Shown here: in pieces, positions 28,847-37,709 of the stretch | Position numbering within the stretch: position 1 is the first letter of the stretch | Layout of the letters: each line of letters opens with the position of its first letter | Virus record (IMG/VR): IMGVR_UViG_3300025030_000045 | Direction: 5' to 3' (one strand) | Source: a virus | DNA length: 64,000 nucleotides | Position numbers and translations under genes: made by a program | The notes under the pieces: model-generated | Databases searched by the model: none | Seen by the model: the letters and a program-made list of their open reading frames with translations, nothing else | Told to the model about the DNA's origin: nothing

Positions 28847-29608
28847 TTATCTCCCCGGGCGAACCGACTTGAATGTTAGCGACATTGTTGCATGCACGGG
28901 AGTGCCATCATTATAATACAGCATGCTGTTGTCCCCGCCGCCATAGGTAACATCAAATGCAATTAACACCATGCCCTGATAACCAAATAGAATGTCTTCA
29001 TTTTTATCTTTCGTCGAGACATATTTTTTATCCTTCGATGTGATATGAATATCAAAAATCTCAGGATATTGAAGATGACTTACTCCGCCTATTGTTTCAA
29101 ATGATGGCGTTGAGTTTCTTTTGAAGTAGTTGATAATTTTCTTAACGGCCAAACCCTCCTCTTCAGAGTTCGGAACCAACTCATATGATAGGTTAAGGTC
29201 ATAGTGAGTTCCACCTTTTAGAATCAACATTTCATTAGGATTGATGATTGTTCCTGTATTGGCGGCATAGATTGCTTGTACCTGTTTACCACCAGGAATC
29301 TTATCAGCCAAACCTTTTACAACGTCGGTCATAAAATTCAAACCGTTTTCAGACGAGAAAACTTTATCAGCCCCGCCACCAGCAAATCGAGGAATTCCCT
29401 CAGTACCCCAATCACCACCGGCACTGTCTTTAATGCCAGCTGGTACATAGAGAGCACATGAAAAACCGGAGGACTTTCTCTGATAAGATGCGGTGTTAAC
29501 ATTCGCTTTTGGAAGTGAATATTTGTAGCCGACGAATTCTATGTGGGCATTATTTGAAATGCCCGGCGGGTATTCTAAAAGTTTTTCATCTGCCATAACA
29601 AACCTCAA
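28847..29608 (-). CDS. gp48: baseplate tail-tube cap
   Basis: ALYVP, IINPN, LVPNSEEE..V..II.YFK, YPEIF and GTPVHATMSLTF motifs. Confidence 0.8.
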   Translation of the reverse strand: MRFVMADEKLLEYPPGISNNAHIEFVGYKYSLPKANVNTASYQRKSSGFSCALYVPAGIKDSAGGDWGTEGIPRFAGGGADKVFSSENGLNFMTDVVKGLADKIPGGKQVQAIYAANTGTIINPNEMLILKGGTHYDLNLSYELVPNSEEEGLAVKKIINYFKRNSTPSFETIGGVSHLQYPEIFDIHITSKDKKYVSTKDKNEDILFGYQGMVLIAFDVTYGGGDNSMLYYNDGTPVHATMSLTFKSVRPGR

Positions 29609-29611
29609 AAT

Positions 29612-31708
29612 TTAATAAAAGTCAAATAACCGATGGGCAAAAATTTCTTTATCACCCGTTGTAATAACGCTACCACCATTACTAACACTTCCACTGCTAG
29701 GTGTTTGTTGATTTGATTGTGGTGCTGGTACATTGACTACGATTTTATCTTCAGCTCTTCGTGATTCTTCTAATGATCTATCAATTTTCCCAAGATTACT
29801 TGATTGTGATGAATCATACGCTTTTTTTGTTGATTGAATAACATCAGTTCTTGATTTTGGTTGCTGTTTTGATTCTGATTCTGATTCTAATTCAAGATCA
29901 CGTGCTGGATTAATTGAATTCTGCTTGATGTTCATATTGCTACTAGGAACAACATTACCCTCGACACTTTTATTTAATGGAGCACCCGCGACTGTATACT
30001 TATCAAGTTTCTTCTCGAGCGCATTGACAATTAACTGTGTTCTTTCTTGTGCCTTTCCTTCTTCATCATTCGTCCACACACCGGCTGCATCTTTTTGTTT
30101 TTTCTGAAATTCCTTTGCCTCGGCGAGAGCAGCTTCTGTACTCTTAACATCAACTGCGGAATCCAAGAGTCGCTTTTGTGTTGCCATCTCGTCTTTTCCA
30201 CCGACGGCAATATCATCGCTATCGGAGTGAGTCTTGTCATATACCCAACTGCCCAGTCCACCCTTTTGGCCAAAGAACTCATCGATTTTGTTATTAAGAA
30301 AATCGCCGACCTGGAAAGCAAGATAACCAACAAGAGCAACCGCAAGAGCAGGACCAAGAGCAGCCGCCGCGGTCGTCAAACCACCAATGACCGCGGGTAC
30401 AATTCTAGCAAGGAAATTACCGGCAAACTCTCCGATGATTTCGTTCATCATCGCATTGTTTTCTTCAACCGCAACTTCACTAGAAGGTAATATCGGTGTA
30501 CCTGTTATTAGACCGCTCTGATCATCCGGTCTTTCTAAGGATGCGTCGTGCGCTCTGTCCTGTTCCCATACCAATCTCTGTTGGTCGGTTATTTTCATTT
30601 CTTCAAGAATCGTTCTTATATTAACAAGAGTCTTATTTCGTTCTTCATCATTTTGGAGCTGGAGCTCTGCAGCAGTTTCAAACAGTGCGTCTTCTTTGAT
30701 GTTGACTGGTATTGCATTACCACCAATCCCTTCCATGGATAGACCACCGATTTGACCACTTGTTAATGCAACCGACATACTTCTAGTATGATCGGCAATC
30801 TGACTTAAACTTACTTCGGATGAATCTAGCCCATTTGATGTACCGCCATTTGTCGAATTGCTGTTGTTATTCCGTGGACCTGCCACGGGTGACCCTGGCA
30901 TCCCAGCACCATCATCAAGCACATCATCGTGAAGCATACCAACAGTCTTCTCGAGATGTGCAGCAGCAATAGCGGCATTCTTTTCTTCTACCGCATTACC
31001 AGCTCCGTCGGCCATTGATTTCTCTGCATCATATACTCGGCGGCCACGTTTTGAAATGCCCATCGCCCCCATATTGAATAATGGGTTCTCGGTTGCAAGT
31101 CCGCCGACGTGTAATGCGCCAACCGCCCCTGCCCGTCCGATACCGGCCAAGCCTTTCATGGAGAGAATCTTATCGTTCTCTAGAAGACCGAGCATCTGCT
31201 TTAAACCAACTTTGCTTGAATCTAAAAGCGATCCGCCAATTCCTTTGCCTTCTTCCCGCGCATTTCTAAAGCGTTTTCCCGCTTCATATCCGGTGCGAGT
31301 AAAGGCCTTTGCTTCATAATATGATTCTGGCTTTGCTTGTGATACTTTGTTAGACTTGTTTGCTAGGTCTAATCCTTTTAAAAGTACAGCAACATCATCT
31401 TCTGTTAATTTTGATTTGTGTTTGTTGATTTCTATTTCAGCATTAGCGAGAATTGCTTTGTTTACTTGGGTATTGTCTTTGTTTGAGTCAGATAGAACCT
31501 TAAGGATATCATCAAGTAATGTCTGTGTGACCTTATCACTTGAGGCACCCTTTTTGAGAGCGCTCTTAATCATTTCATTTGATTTATCTTCAATACCTTT
31601 TTTAACCTGGGACTTTCCCTTAAGACTATATAAGGAAGACACCTCGTCTTTGGCCAAACCAATAGCATCAAGTTTATTTAGAATTGAATTAAGTTTTGTG
31701 TTATTCAT
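29612..31708 (-). CDS. tape measure / baseplate hub length-determining protein (gp29-like)
   Basis: Long helical Ala/Gly-rich protein with a hydrophobic stretch; located between gp26/gp51 and gp48. Confidence 0.7.
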   Translation of the reverse strand: MNNTKLNSILNKLDAIGLAKDEVSSLYSLKGKSQVKKGIEDKSNEMIKSALKKGASSDKVTQTLLDDILKVLSDSNKDNTQVNKAILANAEIEINKHKSKLTEDDVAVLLKGLDLANKSNKVSQAKPESYYEAKAFTRTGYEAGKRFRNAREEGKGIGGSLLDSSKVGLKQMLGLLENDKILSMKGLAGIGRAGAVGALHVGGLATENPLFNMGAMGISKRGRRVYDAEKSMADGAGNAVEEKNAAIAAAHLEKTVGMLHDDVLDDGAGMPGSPVAGPRNNNSNSTNGGTSNGLDSSEVSLSQIADHTRSMSVALTSGQIGGLSMEGIGGNAIPVNIKEDALFETAAELQLQNDEERNKTLVNIRTILEEMKITDQQRLVWEQDRAHDASLERPDDQSGLITGTPILPSSEVAVEENNAMMNEIIGEFAGNFLARIVPAVIGGLTTAAAALGPALAVALVGYLAFQVGDFLNNKIDEFFGQKGGLGSWVYDKTHSDSDDIAVGGKDEMATQKRLLDSAVDVKSTEAALAEAKEFQKKQKDAAGVWTNDEEGKAQERTQLIVNALEKKLDKYTVAGAPLNKSVEGNVVPSSNMNIKQNSINPARDLELESESESKQQPKSRTDVIQSTKKAYDSSQSSNLGKIDRSLEESRRAEDKIVVNVPAPQSNQQTPSSGSVSNGGSVITTGDKEIFAHRLFDFY

Positions 31709-31709
31709 A

Positions 31710-31862
31710 TCACTTTAACCCGCGCTCAGTTTTAATTTGACGAATCGTCATATAGTAAAAAATCTCTAACTCAAACGGTGCCATTTCTTCAATTTCAAAC
31801 GTTGAGAACTGTCCGTATCTCTTCATAAAGAATATAGTGTTAAAAAGGGCCTCTACCCCCAT
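31710..31862 (-). CDS. gp51: baseplate hub assembly protein (gp51-like), 50 aa
   Basis: Hand translation MGVEALFNTIFFMKRYGQFSTFEIEEMAPFELEIFYYMTIRQIKTERGLK*; EIEEMxPFExxIY-like motif. Missed by the ORF track. Confidence 0.8.
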   Translation of the reverse strand: MGVEALFNTIFFMKRYGQFSTFEIEEMAPFELEIFYYMTIRQIKTERGLK

Positions 31863-31870
31863 ATCCAACA

Positions 31871-32584
31871 CTAGAATACGAAAAAATCGTATATGTCCTC
31901 GATGTAAATTTTTGTTGTCTTTTTACAAACAGCGCATGCCGATTCGCCCTGAATTGCGACGGAAGAAATGCTGGTAAATAGTTTCACATACAGTTCTCTG
32001 AATGTGTCTGTGTCAAGATCATCGAAAAATTCAATAGCCTCCGCCTCAGTGAATGATGTATATAATTCACCTTTATGTTTTACCGAATGAATTGAGGAAA
32101 TTAGAAAGAAGAAATTAAACTTGGCAGTTGATTCCTGCGCATACTTCTCAACTAATTTGGTTTTTTCGGTAAGCGGCACTTCTTTAAACGTGAAAACAAA
32201 TTCACCAACGGTGTGTGGCCCTGGATTGAACTTCCTAACAATAACATCCTTAAGAAGATCAACTTCACCGGCATTACCACCCGTCTTACAATGTGGACAG
32301 GTGTAAGAATATTCGATTCTTTCTCCTTTTGATTTCTTTCTTAACTCAATTCCTAATAGGAGAATATCTGATTCTGATAGAGAATCGTATTTCTGTTTAT
32401 CATCAACACAATTTCGCATGAGTTGATTGATTTCCCTCTTCTTTTCTTCCTTGTCATTCACTGACTCTGTTTGGAAAAGGAGTTCTTTCTCTTCCCTAAC
32501 CTTCCACTTGCGAATTCCGATTTTCTTTCCGCATAGTAGGTCTGTCTGTGTAAATGATCCTTGTTCGATTTTCGGTAAACTCAT
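31871..32584 (-). CDS. gp26: baseplate hub assembly chaperone
   Basis: MSLPKI, RKWKVREEKELL, DI..L..ELRKKSKGE..CPHC and terminal CAVC...DFF motifs. Confidence 0.88.
   Translation of the reverse strand: MSLPKIEQGSFTQTDLLCGKKIGIRKWKVREEKELLFQTESVNDKEEKKREINQLMRNCVDDKQKYDSLSESDILLLGIELRKKSKGERIEYSYTCPHCKTGGNAGEVDLLKDVIVRKFNPGPHTVGEFVFTFKEVPLTEKTKLVEKYAQESTAKFNFFFLISSIHSVKHKGELYTSFTEAEAIEFFDDLDTDTFRELYVKLFTSISSVAIQGESACAVCKKTTKIYIEDIYDFFVF
31880..31886 (-). other. putative programmed -1 frameshift heptamer T-TTT-TTC
   Basis: Lies three codons before the gp26 stop; the -1 frame (cgt att cta gtg ttg gat atg) is open into gp51. Confidence 0.65.
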
Positions 32585-32599
32585 TTCTTGTTCCCTTCT

Positions 32600-33202
32600 T
32601 TAGTATTCTGGTGAAGACGGTGTACCACTACCAACGTCATGGATTGCATATTTAAATCTGACTTCCGTTCTAACAATAGCATCTTTCTGATCATGTGAAT
32701 AGTCAATGTTACTTACTGAATAAGGAATGACCTTGTGGAATATATCATATGCATCTATTGCCCCCGCAAGATCAATTGGAAATACTTGAACGGTTTCAGC
32801 CCATACTTTGCTGATGTAATCTCTTTCCTTTTTCATATTATCAAAGCCGATTTTAATCCATTCATCAAAGTATCTTCTGATAGCAAGATCACCGCTTTCA
32901 AGAAACATAATCGACAAATCATTGTCTTGTCTGTTTTTGAAATAATATCTTGGACGACTGTTAACCTGTGATGATCCGATATCAATTAAAATGTTTGGGC
33001 ATGATACTTGAAGAACGTTCCAAACTAAAAAGTTCCCTTGCACATCCAAGCGTAATTTGACAGCGGCATCATTTAATTTTTGGTTATTGGGTGGATGAAG
33101 AAATAGTTTAAATCTGTTTCCCCGAAGCAAACCCTCATCTCTTGAGATAAAGCTGTTCGCGACAAAACTGTCTAAATCCAAAAATCGTGTATCTATTTCC
33201 AT
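32600..33202 (-). CDS. tube-fold protein (gp54-like tube initiator)
   Basis: RGNRF, VSCP, L.IMFLES.DLAIRRYFDEW, VIPYSV and VRFKY motifs. Confidence 0.7.
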   Translation of the reverse strand: MEIDTRFLDLDSFVANSFISRDEGLLRGNRFKLFLHPPNNQKLNDAAVKLRLDVQGNFLVWNVLQVSCPNILIDIGSSQVNSRPRYYFKNRQDNDLSIMFLESGDLAIRRYFDEWIKIGFDNMKKERDYISKVWAETVQVFPIDLAGAIDAYDIFHKVIPYSVSNIDYSHDQKDAIVRTEVRFKYAIHDVGSGTPSSPEY

Positions 33203-33211
33203 GACAGCCTC

Positions 33212-33811
33212 TTATGAAAGTTTGAACTTATTATAATATGAATATGCAAATGTCACGGTGAGAGTTGTTAGTGCATTTTCGCTATCAGAATCTAAAGTCA
33301 TATCCCCGATCATCTTTGGATATAAGTGAAAAAACTGAAATTTAAAGATCTTTTCAAGTTGACCGTCAAGTTGATATAACGTGGCACTTCCTCGTAGTGA
33401 ATTACCATCACTTCCCCTGATATTCGAGTCTGGTCTGTTTAACAAATTCATCCACATTGCAAAATATCTATAGATGTCATAATCAGTGTCAACAACGAAT
33501 GTCACTTGAAGATCACCAAATTCCATGTCCCCGGGCAACCATAACGTACGACCCATTCTTTGAAGCGGAATAATATTGATTTGCGTCGATGGAAATGTTG
33601 CGCTCTTAATAGCAAAGTCAATTTTATCTGGCTTCATACCAACATCATTAATCGCGTCTTTAATTTTATCATATAAAGAATCTGGGGATTTGTTTGTTTT
33701 TCTTCCCTCTATTGGTGCCCCGGTTGGTGGAAAGAATACCATCTTAAAAAGATTTGGTCTGGCATAATCTTTGAATTGTGATTTAAGATTGAAGATATTC
33801 ATATTAAGCAA
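33212..33811 (-). CDS. tube-fold protein (gp19/gp54-like paralog)
   Basis: ARPNLF, SATFP, PGDMEFGDLQVTF, LYPKMIGD and LTVTFAYSYY motifs. Confidence 0.75.
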   Translation of the reverse strand: MLNMNIFNLKSQFKDYARPNLFKMVFFPPTGAPIEGRKTNKSPDSLYDKIKDAINDVGMKPDKIDFAIKSATFPSTQINIIPLQRMGRTLWLPGDMEFGDLQVTFVVDTDYDIYRYFAMWMNLLNRPDSNIRGSDGNSLRGSATLYQLDGQLEKIFKFQFFHLYPKMIGDMTLDSDSENALTTLTVTFAYSYYNKFKLS

Positions 33812-34376
33812 CCCTATCCCAATAAGAATATTGTAAGGAGACAGTAAATTCTGCCAACTGATCGCTCGATTCAGAATTTAAATCAATCGTCGATATTGTG
33901 TGGGGAAAAACATTCTCAAAATTATAAATGCATATTGGTAAATTGTTTGCACCCATCTGCATTACGATGATTTTACTACCCATGGTATAATCTTGAACAT
34001 ATCCTCGAGTATTTTCGCGATTATTTGCAATCTGCTCCATCCAGTTTTCAAATAGAACCCTTCCCGCCCACGATTCATCTGCAAGGAAGGTTAATGTTAA
34101 ATCTTCATGAGAAGAGTCTCCACCAAATTTATGAGTTACACCATTTCTCTTATGTTCTACGACACCAATAGAGCGACCGGGAATTTGTGCGCCCTTACAC
34201 ATGAATGTAAGATTTATCGGATTTGTCGAAACAAATCTTACAGCATCAATAATGCTAGACAGAGACAGTGAAGCAGACTTCCAAACGAACGGCGATGGAA
34301 GGACCTGTACGATAAATCTGTTTGGTCTCGCGACATTTCTAACATGAGATTTAAAGTCATCAATTGTCATGAACAT
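33804..34376 (-). CDS. tube-fold protein (gp19/gp54-like paralog)
   Basis: ARPNRF, KGAQIPGR, FGGD, LTLTF and EFTVSLQYSYW motifs; clearly similar to the 3972 tube protein. Confidence 0.8.
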   Translation of the reverse strand: MFMTIDDFKSHVRNVARPNRFIVQVLPSPFVWKSASLSLSSIIDAVRFVSTNPINLTFMCKGAQIPGRSIGVVEHKRNGVTHKFGGDSSHEDLTLTFLADESWAGRVLFENWMEQIANNRENTRGYVQDYTMGSKIIVMQMGANNLPICIYNFENVFPHTISTIDLNSESSDQLAEFTVSLQYSYWDRVA

Positions 34377-34408
34377 ATCTAATTTTCTCCGATGTTGTTT
34401 CTTAAAAT

Positions 34409-34416
34409 TATTTATT
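34409..34416 (-). promoter_or_regulatory. late promoter variant AATAAATA
   Basis: TAAATA core just downstream of a terminator and upstream of the tube-paralog operon. Confidence 0.6.
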
Positions 34417-34419
34417 GTG

Positions 34420-34459
34420 AACTAAAAAAGCCACCCAATTAAAGGTGGCTTTTTTAGTT
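34420..34459 (-). terminator. intrinsic terminator
   Basis: aactaaaaaagccacc-caattaaa-ggtggcttttttagtt. Confidence 0.8.
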
Positions 34460-34476
34460 CAATTATTTGTTATGCT

Positions 34477-35010
34477 TTACCAACCAACGTTGATGTCATA
34501 AACATCAACCTCTTCAATAGTGACCAGTGCCATGATATTCTCAGAATGAATCCGCTCATTATCAAAGCAATGCTGAACGTGACTTGAAACAACATCGCAC
34601 ACGGCTTCTACTTCGGCCTTACCAATCTCTGACCACCCGCTCGCGCCTTTCCAATTAATCCGTGTTTCCGGAAAGCGCTGAACACGAACCCATGCTCCTG
34701 TAAGTTTAGCCTGACTACCACCATCGGTTAGGATCGTCGCTCCGCCAAATGTTACACCGCTCGTTTCTTTTTCATAACGGAGGGCGGCGAGTTCTTCTAA
34801 TTTCGTAGCCTTAGCCATATCCAAAGTGATGGCTTGTGGTTCTTCATTATAAGGACGCCCCTGACTATCTGCTTTGATTGGTCGACCATTACTTTGCCCG
34901 TTTAGAAGATTTCTATACTCTTCTGTGGTTATTTCGACAGCATCTGTCGGTATATTTTCTCCATGGATTTTAATATCATAAAAACCACAAGTTGACATTG
35001 AATAAAACAT
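34477..35010 (-). CDS. tail fibre assembly protein (DUF4376-like C-terminus)
   Basis: FYS.ST.GFY...IHG.NIP.DAVEIT..EY..LL.GQS.G..I..D..G.P N-terminus; LAALRYEKETSG, INWK..SGW and HVQ.CF motifs. Confidence 0.85.
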   Translation of the reverse strand: MFYSMSTCGFYDIKIHGENIPTDAVEITTEEYRNLLNGQSNGRPIKADSQGRPYNEEPQAITLDMAKATKLEELAALRYEKETSGVTFGGATILTDGGSQAKLTGAWVRVQRFPETRINWKGASGWSEIGKAEVEAVCDVVSSHVQHCFDNERIHSENIMALVTIEEVDVYDINVGW

Positions 35011-35019
35011 AATTTCTCC

Positions 35020-37665
35020 TTAATAACCGATAGCGAACCAATTGGTTGTTACATTACTGGCACCAGCATTCCAGTTATCTCCATATATTATAAAACCGCT
35101 CTGTGTTTTTGTATGACAATATGCATTTATTAATCCATTAACACCCGAAGACCGTTCTATCGTGACATATACCCCAAAAACACTATTTGGAAATGCTAAT
35201 GGGAAGCTAACAGTAGTATTATTATCGCTATAATCTGCTATTACTTGACCCCACTGAATAATCATCCCACTTGGTAGTTTCTGAAAACCAATTGATTCTC
35301 TGCTTGCAGGAAATACGCCAAACATCTCTGTAACCAAATCTTGACTTGTGATAATATAACTATCAGTGCCGTCGGCATTTCCGACGGCACAGAAGAAAGT
35401 ATCGTTCCATGTTATACTTGTTATGTTTACGTTTTTCGGGTTGGCACTTTCAGTCCAATTTATACCGTCGGGACTTGTGATAATATAAGCATCGGTGACT
35501 TCAGCCCATCCAACAGCACAGAACAACTTTCCATTCCATGCTACACTTGCCAGCGATCCATTTTTTGGATTGGCTCTTTCGGTCCAAGTAATACCATCAG
35601 GACTTGTGATAATATAAGCATCAGTATCGTCAGCCGTACCAACTGCACAAAATAAAGACCCGTTCCAACACACCGCATATAGACTCTTATATTTTGGGTT
35701 AACTCTTTCGGTCCAAGTAATACCATCAGGACTTGTGACAATATAAGCATCAGTAGCAGAAGCACTATCTTGTGCTCCGACTGCACAGAACAGAGACCCA
35801 TTCCATGCTACACCGTATAGAAAAGTATTTTTTGGATTGGCTCTTTCGGTCCAAGTGGTACCATCTGGACTCGTGACAATATAAGCATCAGTAACACCAT
35901 CATCACCACCAACAGCACAGAATAAAGACCCATTCCATGCTAAACCCATTAGCGCTTTATTTTTTGGGTTAGCTCTTTCAGTCCAAGTAATACCGTCAGG
36001 ACTTGTGATAATATAAGCATCAGTAACACCGTCCATATCTCCAACAGCACAGAACAGTGCCCCATTCCATACTACCTCATATAAACCAACATCCTTTGGA
36101 TTGGCTCTTTCGGTCCAAGTAATACCATCAGGACTTGTGACAATATAAGCGTCGGTACCAGCGTCGGCCGTACCGACGGCACAAAATAAAGACCCGTTCC
36201 AACATACCGCAGATAACGTACGGTGTTTTGGATTTGATCTTTCGGTCCATGTTATATTGCTAATATCTATACCGAATAATTGCCTAAAATTAACAATGTC
36301 TTCCCCGTCTATTCCCGCGGTGACCTTTGCCCGCCCCGAGCTATCTCTAATAATAATTCTTTCGGGCGAATTCGTCGAGAGTGCGCCGTGTGTTGCTGTA
36401 ACACTGGCATGATCATAAATTTCTTGCTGTCTGGCAATATCATCTGCTGCCCCGGGTGCAGCCACCTTTGCCCGCCCAGCAGCATCTCTGATGATAATTC
36501 TATCTGCGGTCGCTGCTGATACGGCTCCATGTGCTGTTGTTAAATTTCCATGAGTATCAACAGTATCTTTACGAGCAATATCATCCGCCGCTGATGGTGC
36601 CGCAACTTTTGCCCGACCGTTGGCATCCCTAAGAATGATTCTGTTTGCCGTGGCCGCGGCCGTTGATGAGTGTGCATTCGTCGAACCGCCATGATCGTTG
36701 AGTTCTTGTAGTCTTACGACCTGTGTTACAATCGTTGGTGCGTTAGACACGACCATTTTATCAACAGTCATCGTGCCATCCCATTTAAATCTTATCAACG
36801 AATCAGTAAAGTCGCCGGTCGGAGCAAATGCCCATTCATTAACATCAAATCTAAAAACGCTATCAAGTAATCTTCGCTCGTTAGCTGTACCGATAGCAAC
36901 CGATCCTTTACATAGGAAAGAATTTACTAATGAAATTGTATTAGGGTTTGTCTCCCCAATCGGTGAATTAATTTTCACATTGATATAGTCACTAACGAAA
37001 GAACCGGATTCTCTTGTTTTAAAAGTCAGTGAAATGATTCTCGGTTCTGCCGACGCGGTATCGCCGTTAGATACAATATCGGTCGTGACATCCTTTGTTA
37101 TCTTCGTGGCCTTTGGGATACCAACAACTAACACCGGAGAAATACTTAAAGTTCCCCCAACGATGTCGTTGATGTTGTATGTGTCTCCGTCACTAGTGAA
37201 AGTATCACCGATATTAAATGTATGTGGTAGACATAATTCAACAGAGGCAGCACCGATCGCGGCGGCTTCAGCTAACACTCCACCGCGAAATGTTAGTGAC
37301 GCATATTCAACGATGTCACTACTACCACCATCAGCAGCAACACTAATTTCAATCGGCAGGCTGTTTGTCAACATAACCCCGAATGTATAAACGGTGTTTG
37401 CTTCCAACGAACCTTTGATATCTTGATAGATGATTTCACCACCATTCAAAACGGTCGGGGCTGGGAAGCCTATCTTCGCCGCGGCCCCAGTCAACCACCC
37501 ATAAAGATAATATGAACCCGTATTATCTTGTAGAACTTGGTCAAATGAACCATTGAGAAGATAATTATCAAATCCCTGATGCGTCATCTCTTCAACAAAT
37601 TTATTAAACATTGTTTTGAGATTAAAAACAGAGTGTTGTTCTTTTAACTTAAAGTCTTGATTCAT
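35020..37665 (-). CDS. tail fibre protein with 7-repeat beta-propeller and C-terminal fibre-tip domain
   Basis: Three HG..RII.RD..GRAKV repeats, seven TWTERANPK..WNG.LFCAVG..DAYI.TSPDG repeats, then GFQKLPSGMIIQWG..FP.AFPN..WFAIGY. Confidence 0.88.
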   Translation of the reverse strand: MNQDFKLKEQHSVFNLKTMFNKFVEEMTHQGFDNYLLNGSFDQVLQDNTGSYYLYGWLTGAAAKIGFPAPTVLNGGEIIYQDIKGSLEANTVYTFGVMLTNSLPIEISVAADGGSSDIVEYASLTFRGGVLAEAAAIGAASVELCLPHTFNIGDTFTSDGDTYNINDIVGGTLSISPVLVVGIPKATKITKDVTTDIVSNGDTASAEPRIISLTFKTRESGSFVSDYINVKINSPIGETNPNTISLVNSFLCKGSVAIGTANERRLLDSVFRFDVNEWAFAPTGDFTDSLIRFKWDGTMTVDKMVVSNAPTIVTQVVRLQELNDHGGSTNAHSSTAAATANRIILRDANGRAKVAAPSAADDIARKDTVDTHGNLTTAHGAVSAATADRIIIRDAAGRAKVAAPGAADDIARQQEIYDHASVTATHGALSTNSPERIIIRDSSGRAKVTAGIDGEDIVNFRQLFGIDISNITWTERSNPKHRTLSAVCWNGSLFCAVGTADAGTDAYIVTSPDGITWTERANPKDVGLYEVVWNGALFCAVGDMDGVTDAYIITSPDGITWTERANPKNKALMGLAWNGSLFCAVGGDDGVTDAYIVTSPDGTTWTERANPKNTFLYGVAWNGSLFCAVGAQDSASATDAYIVTSPDGITWTERVNPKYKSLYAVCWNGSLFCAVGTADDTDAYIITSPDGITWTERANPKNGSLASVAWNGKLFCAVGWAEVTDAYIITSPDGINWTESANPKNVNITSITWNDTFFCAVGNADGTDSYIITSQDLVTEMFGVFPASRESIGFQKLPSGMIIQWGQVIADYSDNNTTVSFPLAFPNSVFGVYVTIERSSGVNGLINAYCHTKTQSGFIIYGDNWNAGASNVTTNWFAIGY
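35340..36256 (-). repeat. seven ~130-nt tandem coding repeats (propeller blades)
   Basis: Near-identical DNA blocks such as ggtccaagtaataccatcaggacttgtga recur. Confidence 0.9.
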
Positions 37666-37693
37666 GCTATCACCTTTATATGATTTGTGTAAT

Positions 37694-37701
37694 TATTTAT
37701 C
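37694..37701 (-). promoter_or_regulatory. late promoter variant GATAAATA
   Basis: TAAATA core upstream of the tail fibre gene. Confidence 0.6.
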
Positions 37702-37709
37702 AGTGAATT

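Noticed and set aside
35340-36256. Regularly spaced DNA repeats resembling a CRISPR array
   Set aside because: The repeats are in-frame coding units of the tail fibre, degenerate at wobble positions, and no cas genes are present.
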